Source of the DNA: an uncultured Clostridia bacterium
GTDB taxonomy: Bacteria; Bacillota; Clostridia; TANB77; CAG-508
Length of the DNA: 64,000 bases
Direction of reading: 5' to 3'
Assembly (NCBI GenBank): GCA_944388795.1
Contig: CALXKD010000003.1
Location: 10,090 to 74,089 of the forward strand
How positions within the stretch are numbered: position 1 is the first letter of the stretch; each line of letters begins with the position of its first letter. Of this stretch, positions 57,270-64,000 are shown in pieces. The notes beneath the pieces were generated by a model. It saw nothing but the letters and a program-made list of their open reading frames with translations, was not told the DNA's origin and made no database searches. The position numbers and the translations under genes were made by a program.

Positions 57270-58334
57270 ATGGAGCAGTTAGTTGTGTTTTGGAATAGAC
57301 TAACATCTATACAAATTGTAGATATTATTATAGCTATAGGAATTATTGTATTTTTTAGAATATTAAGTGGTACATTTTCCTATATGATTATTAGAATATT
57401 TAAAATAAAGAGTAAAAAGGCAAAAGAAATAAAAGAAAGTGCATTTTTTAAACCATTAAAAGTATTCTTTATCATTTTAGGTATCTATTTAGCAATCGTA
57501 TTTTTAAGAGTGCCACTACAAATTAATAATCAAGTAATGGATATTGTAACAAAAGCCTTTAAAATTATTAGTGTTATAGAGGTTGCGGTAGGATTAGCTA
57601 ATAGCTTTACTTCAAAAACCATTTTAGGAAAAAAATTAAGAAAAAGTTTAAGCCAAAAAATGGATGATACTGTATTTGAATTTGTATTAAAAGTTACAAG
57701 AGTATTTATCTATGTGATTGCTGTATTTTTAGTATTAGCCATATTAGAAATTAATTTAACAGGATTAATTGCAGGTTTAGGATTAGGTGGTGTGATTGTA
57801 ACACTGGCCGCACAAGATACTGCTAAGAATTTATTTGGCGGAGTGGTTATTTTCATTGATAAACCATTTGTGGTTGGCGATTGGATTGAGATGGATAATT
57901 ATGAGGGAACAATTGAAGATATTACATTTAGAACAACTAGAATCAGAACGTTTGAAAATGCGTTAGTCAATATTCCAAATGCTATCATTGCAGATGCTTC
58001 TGTAACAAATTGGAGTAAAATGGAAAAAAGAAGATATAAAACAAATTTATGTGTAGAATTAAATACGCCTTTAGAAAAATTGGAATTACTAAAAGCAAGA
58101 ATTGAAAAAATGTTACAAGAAAGAGAAAGTGTCTATGATGACTCTATCATTGTGAGATTTGATCAGATAACAGATAATGGAATTAATATATTAATCTATA
58201 CATATACCAACTCAGTGGATTATGCAAGTTATTTAAAAGAAGTAGAGGATATTAATATAAAAATCATGAAAATATTAAAAGAGCAAAATATTGAATTGGC
58301 TTATGATACAAAAACTGTATATGTTAAAAATTAA
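57270..58334 (+). CDS. MscS-family mechanosensitive channel
   Basis: N-terminal TM helices, then the conserved pore/beta-domain region (AAQDTAKNLFGGVVIFIDKPFVVGDWIE). Confidence 0.85.
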   Translation: MEQLVVFWNRLTSIQIVDIIIAIGIIVFFRILSGTFSYMIIRIFKIKSKKAKEIKESAFFKPLKVFFIILGIYLAIVFLRVPLQINNQVMDIVTKAFKIISVIEVAVGLANSFTSKTILGKKLRKSLSQKMDDTVFEFVLKVTRVFIYVIAVFLVLAILEINLTGLIAGLGLGGVIVTLAAQDTAKNLFGGVVIFIDKPFVVGDWIEMDNYEGTIEDITFRTTRIRTFENALVNIPNAIIADASVTNWSKMEKRRYKTNLCVELNTPLEKLELLKARIEKMLQERESVYDDSIIVRFDQITDNGINILIYTYTNSVDYASYLKEVEDINIKIMKILKEQNIELAYDTKTVYVKN

Positions 58335-58342
58335 AATCGATG

Positions 58343-58374
58343 ACTACACTATTTATATTTAGTGTAGTTTTTTA
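58343..58374 (+). terminator. Rho-independent terminator
   Basis: ACTACACT / AGTGTAGT stem followed by a T-run. Confidence 0.7.
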
Positions 58375-58461
58375 TTAAAATAAAAAATTTGTTCACAATA
58401 TAGACATAAAACCTATGTATAATATATAATAAAAATAATAGAAAAAATAGGAGTGATATAT

Positions 58462-59139
58462 ATGCTTAACAATTGTATTCTAGTTGTAGATGATGAACAA
58501 AGGATGAGAAAATTAATAAAAGATTTTTTAGCAGCAAAAGGATATAGTATATTAGAGGCAGAAGATGGTGAAAAAGGCTTAGAAGTATTTGAAGAAAATA
58601 AAAATAAAATTAGCCTTATTTTATTAGATGTTATGATGCCAAAATTAGATGGTTGGTCAGTATTAAGACAAATTAGGCAAGAATCAAAAGTACCAATTAT
58701 TATGCTAACAGCAAGAGGAGAAGAACAAGATGAATTGTTTGGATTTGAACTAGGTGTTGATGAATATATTTCTAAACCTTTTAGTCCTAAGATTTTAGTG
58801 GCACGTGTGGAGGCTATATTAAAAAGAACCAATCAAGATGAAAAAGAAGTGAAGGATTATGGTGGTATTGAGATTGATAAAGAGGGAAGAACTGTAAAAG
58901 TAGATGGAAAACCAATTGAATTAAGTTTAAGAGAATATGAGTTGTTAACTTACTTAGTAGAAAATGAGAATATTGCTTTATCAAGAGATAAAATATTAAA
59001 TAATGTATGGAATTATGATTATTATGGAGATTCTAGGACAATTGATAGCCATATAAAGAAAATAAGACACAAATTAGGAAAAAAAGGAAAATATATTCAA
59101 ACAATGAGAGGTGTCGGATATAAATTTGAGGTAAAATAG
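58462..59139 (+). CDS. OmpR-family response regulator
   Basis: ILVVDDE and LLDVMMPKLDG receiver motifs, with a wHTH ending MRGVGYKFEV. ATG 58462 lies 8 nt after AGGAG. Confidence 0.9.
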   Translation: MLNNCILVVDDEQRMRKLIKDFLAAKGYSILEAEDGEKGLEVFEENKNKISLILLDVMMPKLDGWSVLRQIRQESKVPIIMLTARGEEQDELFGFELGVDEYISKPFSPKILVARVEAILKRTNQDEKEVKDYGGIEIDKEGRTVKVDGKPIELSLREYELLTYLVENENIALSRDKILNNVWNYDYYGDSRTIDSHIKKIRHKLGKKGKYIQTMRGVGYKFEVK

Positions 59140-59151
59140 TTTTACCTAAGG

Positions 59152-60657
59152 ATGGGAATAAAAATGGGAAAAATTAAAAATGCATTAAAATCTGTAAGAG
59201 TTAAATTATTTTTAATGTTATCATTAGTCATATTATTAATCATATTATTTTTAATTTTAGTAAATAATTTTGTATTTGGGCAATTTTATTTGTTTAGTAA
59301 AACCAGAGATTTAAAAGATGTATATACTGTCATTAATGATTATTATAACAATCCTACCAATATAGATATTGATTCAGAATTAGAAAAACTGGCAGTAAAT
59401 AATAACTTTGATATTTTGATAAAAGATGATGAAAATATAAATGTATTTACATCTAATAAAGATTTTCTTTCAACTTTTGGAGAAATGAACGCTATGACAA
59501 ATGCCATAAATGCAGGAGAATTGCTAGAAGAAAATGATGAATTTATTATTAGAAAATTGAGAGATAATAAAACAGGGATATCATATATTTTGTTATCTGC
59601 CAAATTAGATAATGGATATTTGTTATATATTAGGATACCTGTTTCATCAATAGAGGAAAGTGTAAAAATATCGAATAATTTCCTATATTTAATAGCAGGA
59701 TTTACAATTTTAATATCAGCAGTTATTGTTAATTTTGTAAGTAGAAAATTTACAGAGCCAATATTAGAATTAAATACAATTGCAAAAAATATGGCAAATT
59801 TAGATTTTAGTCATAAATATCGAATAACAGATGCAGATGATGAGATTAATAACTTGGGAAAAAGTATCAATCAAATGTCAGATAAACTAGAAAGTACAAT
59901 CAAACAATTAAGAAGAACAAACATTGAACTAGAAAGAGATATAGAGGAAAAATCTAAAATTGATGAAATGAGAAAAAGCTTTATATCAGATGTATCTCAT
60001 GAATTAAAAACACCAATTGCTTTAATACAAGGATATAGTGAAGGCTTGCTAGAAAATGTAAATACAGATGATGAAAATAGAAAATTTTATGCAGAAGTTA
60101 TTCTAGATGAAACTAATAAAATGGATAAACTGGTAAAACAATTATTAGAGCTAATGAAGCTAGAATATGGAAAAAGAGAATTTTCAGATAAAGAATTTAA
60201 TGTGGTGGAATTAGAAAAAGAAGTCATTAGAAAATCAAAGGTAATGCTAGAAGAAAAACAGGTTGAAGTAGAATTAAAATCTCCTGAAGAAATTAATGTA
60301 TTTGCGGATGATTTTTATATAGAGCAAGTAATTACTAATTACTTAACAAATGCTATCAAGCATGTTGAAGAAGTAGATGGAAAGAAAAGTATCGTCATAG
60401 AAAATGTTGTAAATGTAGAAAAAAATAAAGTTAGAATAAAAGTATTTAATACTGGTATCAATATAAAAGAGGAAGATTTAACTAGAATCTGGAATCGTTT
60501 TTATAAAGTGGATGAATCTAGAAATAGAGCGGATGGCGGAACAGGTATTGGATTATCGTTTGTAAAAGCCATTATGAGTAATTACAAAAATGATTATGGC
60601 GTTATTAATAAAGATAATGGTGTAGAATTTTATTTTGAATTAGACTTAAAAATATAA
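59152..60657 (+). CDS. Sensor histidine kinase with an extracytoplasmic loop and a HAMP domain
   Basis: Two TM segments flank a loop of about 130 aa. It has a HAMP-like linker, His box SHELKTPIALIQGY and G-box GGTGIGLSFVKAIM. ATG 59164 is an alternative start. Confidence 0.85.
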   Translation: MGIKMGKIKNALKSVRVKLFLMLSLVILLIILFLILVNNFVFGQFYLFSKTRDLKDVYTVINDYYNNPTNIDIDSELEKLAVNNNFDILIKDDENINVFTSNKDFLSTFGEMNAMTNAINAGELLEENDEFIIRKLRDNKTGISYILLSAKLDNGYLLYIRIPVSSIEESVKISNNFLYLIAGFTILISAVIVNFVSRKFTEPILELNTIAKNMANLDFSHKYRITDADDEINNLGKSINQMSDKLESTIKQLRRTNIELERDIEEKSKIDEMRKSFISDVSHELKTPIALIQGYSEGLLENVNTDDENRKFYAEVILDETNKMDKLVKQLLELMKLEYGKREFSDKEFNVVELEKEVIRKSKVMLEEKQVEVELKSPEEINVFADDFYIEQVITNYLTNAIKHVEEVDGKKSIVIENVVNVEKNKVRIKVFNTGINIKEEDLTRIWNRFYKVDESRNRADGGTGIGLSFVKAIMSNYKNDYGVINKDNGVEFYFELDLKI

Positions 60658-60673
60658 TTTTTAAGTCTTTTTC
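60642..60673 (+). terminator. Rho-independent terminator overlapping the kinase stop codon
   Basis: Perfect 12-bp stem AGACTTAAAAAT / ATTTTTAAGTCT followed by TTTTT. Confidence 0.7.
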
Positions 60674-60857
60674 TCATTCATAAATGTCGAATTTTGCGAT
60701 GAAAACTTCTTTACAAATGGAAAAAAATGTATTACTATATATGTATAGCATGTTATTTTAATTTCAAAGATTTATAAATCTAAAAGATTTAATCAAAATT
60801 TTATTCGAATGCAAAACCCAATAAACTAGAAAACGATTTTTTAAGGAGAGAGTATTT

Positions 60858-61445
60858 ATTCTAATATATACCAGTAAATTTATTAATATAATATCTTTTA
60901 TTATTTCTATCATTGTATATATAAGTATACATTTTTTGATAAATTATATAGATTTTTCAATCAATAAAATTAAATTCAAGGCTGATTTTACATCAGAACA
61001 AACTTTAATTCAAAATATTTCAATTAATTCAAATCAAGTTTTAGAGGAAGATAGTAAGAAAAATACTGATAATGAATGGTATGTTCAAATAGGAAAAATA
61101 GAATTAAAAGCACCCATACAAGAGGGAACAACAAAAGAAATCTTAGAAGATTATGTAGGGCATTTTGAGGAAAGTCCTAAAAATATAGGAAATGTGTGTT
61201 TAGCAGCACATAATAGAGGATATAAGCATAATTATTTTAGTCGAATAAAAGAATTGAAAGAAGGAGATGAGATTACATATAGATATAAAGATATAGAAAG
61301 AACATATATAGTCACAAAACATGAGATTATTAAAAATACAGATTGGAGTAATTTAGAAGATACAGAAGAAAATATAATTACATTAATTACTTGTGTTGAA
61401 AATGAACCAGAATACAGAAGATGTATACAAGGAATAGAAAAATAA
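60858..61445 (+). CDS. Sortase (small class D/E-like); start probably non-canonical
   Basis: Catalytic motifs LAAHNRG (His), TLITC (Cys) and a downstream RR. The only canonical start is TTG 60936. The in-frame stretch 60858-60935 encodes the expected membrane anchor (KFINIISFIISIIVYISIHFLI) and follows the strong SD AAGGAGAGAG (60843-60852). Confidence 0.7.
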   Translation: MLIYTSKFINIISFIISIIVYISIHFLINYIDFSINKIKFKADFTSEQTLIQNISINSNQVLEEDSKKNTDNEWYVQIGKIELKAPIQEGTTKEILEDYVGHFEESPKNIGNVCLAAHNRGYKHNYFSRIKELKEGDEITYRYKDIERTYIVTKHEIIKNTDWSNLEDTEENIITLITCVENEPEYRRCIQGIEK

Positions 61446-62737
61446 AAAAAGGATGTGAAAATAATTTGTATAAGATAAAAAAAGGCATAAAAGTGGTGTG
61501 CATTGTATTTGCAATTATTTTATTAAATTTCTTAAATTTTGCAAATTCAGTCATAGCAAGTAATTTGAATACAGCAAATGTTCAAGCAATAGGAGATTGT
61601 GGAAGTTTATTAAAATATAAAGGAAGTATAGTAAAAACGACCTATATTGAATATGAAAATGAAGGAAAACGATACCCTGCTTATTGTTTAGATAAAACAA
61701 AACCAGGAGCTGAAGTGGGAAGTTATACAGTTTCAGTTGATAGAGCTATACAAGATGTTATGCTTTGGAAAATTGTAACAAATGGTTATCCATATAAAAC
61801 AATAGGAGAATTAGGTGTCGCAAATGAAAAAGAAGCTTTTACAGCAACAAAACATGCTATTTATAGCTATATTCATGGAAATCAATTGAGTGATTATGAA
61901 GCAATAGGAGAGGCTGGACAAAGGACCTTAAATGCTATGTATAAGATTATAAATGATGCAAATAATTCAAGTGAGGTACAGATTTCTAATCAAGTAGATA
62001 TTCAAAAACTTCAAGAGTATTGGGAGCAGGATCTTATAGAACTACATTATGTATCTAAAACATATAAAGTAAATGCAAAAACCAATATAGATAATTATAA
62101 GGTTCATGTGACAGATGAGAATGGAGAAATAATAGAGGGTATCAAAATAACAGATGAAAATAATCATACAAAAACGGAATTCGCACAAAATGAAATATTT
62201 AAAATATTGATACCTATAAAAAGTATGACAGCAGATAAAAAAATAAAGATAACAATAGAAACAAAAGTAGAAACCAAACCAGTCTTATATGGAACTGCAC
62301 CAAATTCAGGCTTACAGGATTATGCTTTAACAGCATCAACATATGAAGATGGAAGCGGAAATATACAAGATACATATACGAAAAATGAAACCAAGATTGT
62401 CATTGTAAAGCAAGACGAAGAAACAAAAGAAAAATTACAAGGTGTAGAATTTCAGTTATTAGATGAAAATAAGAATGTGATATATAGTAATTTACAAACA
62501 GATGGAAATGGTATGGTGAAAATTGAAAATTTGCTTCCAGGTACATATTATATAAAAGAGGCAAGAACGATAGATGGATATGAAATATATGAGAATCTGA
62601 TTAAAGTAAATATAGCATTACAAGAAGAAGTAACCATAACAGTAAATAATCATAAAGAGGAAGAACCTAAAATTGACAAAACAATGAATAAAAAGGAGGC
62701 CCGTTATCAAAAAATATTACCAATTACAGGAATGTAA
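61421..62737 (+). CDS. Surface adhesin-like protein: signal peptide, TQXA/thioester-like domain, Cna-B/SpaA-type domain, C-terminal LPITG
   Basis: Signal peptide KIKKGIKVVCIVFAIILLNFLNFANSVIA. YCLD ... NGYP ... TATKHAIY matches the TQXA-domain layout with K in place of Q. The Cna-B-type domain is VEFQLLDENKN...TDGNGMVKIENLLPGTYYIKEARTIDGYE. The protein ends ...ILPITGM-stop. TTG 61466 is an alternative start after the sortase stop. Confidence 0.75.
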   Translation: MYTRNRKIKKGCENNLYKIKKGIKVVCIVFAIILLNFLNFANSVIASNLNTANVQAIGDCGSLLKYKGSIVKTTYIEYENEGKRYPAYCLDKTKPGAEVGSYTVSVDRAIQDVMLWKIVTNGYPYKTIGELGVANEKEAFTATKHAIYSYIHGNQLSDYEAIGEAGQRTLNAMYKIINDANNSSEVQISNQVDIQKLQEYWEQDLIELHYVSKTYKVNAKTNIDNYKVHVTDENGEIIEGIKITDENNHTKTEFAQNEIFKILIPIKSMTADKKIKITIETKVETKPVLYGTAPNSGLQDYALTASTYEDGSGNIQDTYTKNETKIVIVKQDEETKEKLQGVEFQLLDENKNVIYSNLQTDGNGMVKIENLLPGTYYIKEARTIDGYEIYENLIKVNIALQEEVTITVNNHKEEEPKIDKTMNKKEARYQKILPITGM

Positions 62738-62749
62738 AATAGGAAATAA

Positions 62750-62778
62750 AAGGAAACTTTTAAAGTTTCCTTTTTCTT
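62750..62778 (+). terminator. Rho-independent terminator
   Basis: GGAAAC / GTTTCC core within the palindrome AAAGGAAACTTTTAAAGTTTCCTTT, followed by a T-run. Confidence 0.6.
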
Positions 62779-62875
62779 ATAGAATTAAAAATTTAAAACT
62801 ATTGAATAAAAAATCAAACTTTGATAGAATATATTAAAAATAACGATAATTATAAAATTAAGGGAGCGTATTTTC

Positions 62876-64000
62876 ATGTTATCACAGTTAATTGTATTAG
62901 TCATATTGATTTTATTGAATGCATATTTTGCAGCAAGTGAAATTGCATTTATATCTTTAAATGATGCTAAAATAGAAAAACAAGCAAAAGAGGGAAATAA
63001 AAAAGCAAAGCAAATAGAAAAAATGTTAAAAGAACCAAGTAAGTTTTTAGCAACTATCCAAATTGGAATTACATTGGCAGGATTTTTATCAAGTGCTTTT
63101 GCATCAGAAACATTTGCAGATATGTTAGCCCCTGTTTTAAATGACTTAATACCTGCAGTAAGTATAGGTGTATGGAAAAGTATATCGATTATCATTATAA
63201 CCATTATTTTATCATTCTTCACATTGGTTTTTGGAGAATTGGTTCCAAAAAGATTGGCTATGAAACATTACGAAAAAATATCATTTGCAACAATAGGTGT
63301 TATTAGAGGAATTTCAATTGTGACAGCACCATTTGTCAAATTATTAACAGTTGTAACAAATGCGATATCAAGATTGTTTGGTGTTGGAGAAAATGAAGAA
63401 GAAACTGTTACAGAGGAAGAAATTAAAATGATGGTAAATCAAGGAGAAGAAAAAGGAACCATCAAAGAAGAGGAAAAAGAATTAATCAATAATGTTTTTG
63501 AATTTAATGATATAACTGTATCTGAAATTATGAGACATAGAAAAGATATTTTTGCGGTAGATATCAATATTAGTAATGAAGAATTATTAGATGAATTATC
63601 AAAAGAAGAATATCGATATAGTAGAATACCTGTATATGATGAAACGATTGATGAAATAAAAGGAATCTTATATGTAAAAGATGTCTTAAAAAATATTAAT
63701 AAAAAAAGTTTTAAAGTAAAAAATGTAGTAAAAGAAGCTTATTTCATATCACAAAATCGATTGATTAATGAAGTGTTTAAGGAATTACAAAAAAACAAAA
63801 TGCAAATAGCTATCATTGTTGATGAGTATGGTGGAACAGCAGGATTGGTTACTATGGAGGATATATTAGAAGAACTAGTTGGTGACATATATGATGAATA
63901 TGACAAAGAAGAAAAAGAATATGAAAAGATAGATGAAAACACGTATATGTTAGCGGGAAGTTTACCAATATATGATGTAAATAAATTATTAGATGCAGAA
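62876..64000 (+). CDS. Hemolysin-family / CNNM-type protein (DUF21 + CBS pair), 3' end outside the window
   Basis: It is absent from the ORF track, presumably because no stop lies in the window. My translation from ATG 62876 (SD AAGGGAG) gives MLSQLIVLVILILLNAYFAASEIAFISLN...FGELVPKRLA...EEEKELINNVFEFNDITVSEIM...IIVDEYGGTAGLVTMEDILEELVGDI, the canonical DUF21 and CBS-pair signatures. Confidence 0.85.
   Translation, partial: MLSQLIVLVILILLNAYFAASEIAFISLNDAKIEKQAKEGNKKAKQIEKMLKEPSKFLATIQIGITLAGFLSSAFASETFADMLAPVLNDLIPAVSIGVWKSISIIIITIILSFFTLVFGELVPKRLAMKHYEKISFATIGVIRGISIVTAPFVKLLTVVTNAISRLFGVGENEEETVTEEEIKMMVNQGEEKGTIKEEEKELINNVFEFNDITVSEIMRHRKDIFAVDINISNEELLDELSKEEYRYSRIPVYDETIDEIKGILYVKDVLKNINKKSFKVKNVVKEAYFISQNRLINEVFKELQKNKMQIAIIVDEYGGTAGLVTMEDILEELVGDIYDEYDKEEKEYEKIDENTYMLAGSLPIYDVNKLLDAE

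Noticed and set aside
1-64000. I looked for tRNA/rRNA genes, CRISPR arrays, transposases, integrases, phage structural genes and recognisable defence-system genes (restriction-modification, Abi, CBASS, retron reverse transcriptase and the like).
   Set aside because: I found none by eye in either strand. The only mobile-element-like hints are the three compositionally atypical ORFans and the inverted-repeat-framed small-peptide locus, all reported above.

Overview
This is a very AT-rich chromosomal segment from a low-GC Gram-positive bacterium. It looks Clostridia-like, but I cannot name the organism from sequence alone. About 50 protein genes are present and most are housekeeping. They include a fruK-fruA-ptsH-ptsI PTS block and DNA repair/topology genes (ogg, addB, family-4 UDG, topB, mfd). 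Also present are leuS, pflB-pflA, adhE, a RelQ-type small alarmone synthetase, dnaG-rpoD, two SpoU-type RNA methyltransferases, an MscS channel and two two-component systems. I found no rRNA, tRNA, CRISPR array, transposase or integrase.

The strongest candidate for something new is an ORF-track-invisible locus at 39138-39480. Two convergent sigma-A-like promoters flank a 37-codon hydrophobic peptide ORF and one shared hairpin. The hairpin has a U-tract only on the minus strand, which predicts an antisense RNA of about 90 nt. The two transcribed 5' regions are inverted copies of each other. I read this as a type I toxin-antitoxin-like module with an unusual architecture.

Other points worth a second look:
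- An ECF sigma factor is fused to a membrane-anchoring C-terminal extension (5395-6393).
- A peptide-resistance-type RR/ABC/HK module carries a helically phased triple direct repeat.
- addB has no adjacent addA.
- A gluzincin-like ORFan sits divergent from a protein built of eight tandem 30-bp repeats.
- Three ORFans have visibly higher G+C than their surroundings (31.9-32.6 kb, 48.1-49.2 kb, 52.0-53.2 kb). Two of them bracket adhE.
- A class-II-type Fic gene is broken by a G4 homopolymer frameshift.
- The membrane anchor of a sortase lies upstream of any canonical start codon.
- The sortase's neighbouring TQXA/Cna-B adhesin ends directly after LPITG, with no hydrophobic tail.
- A DUF21-CBS gene at the 3' edge (62876 onward) is missing from the ORF track.

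All calls come from reading motifs by eye; no searches were run.
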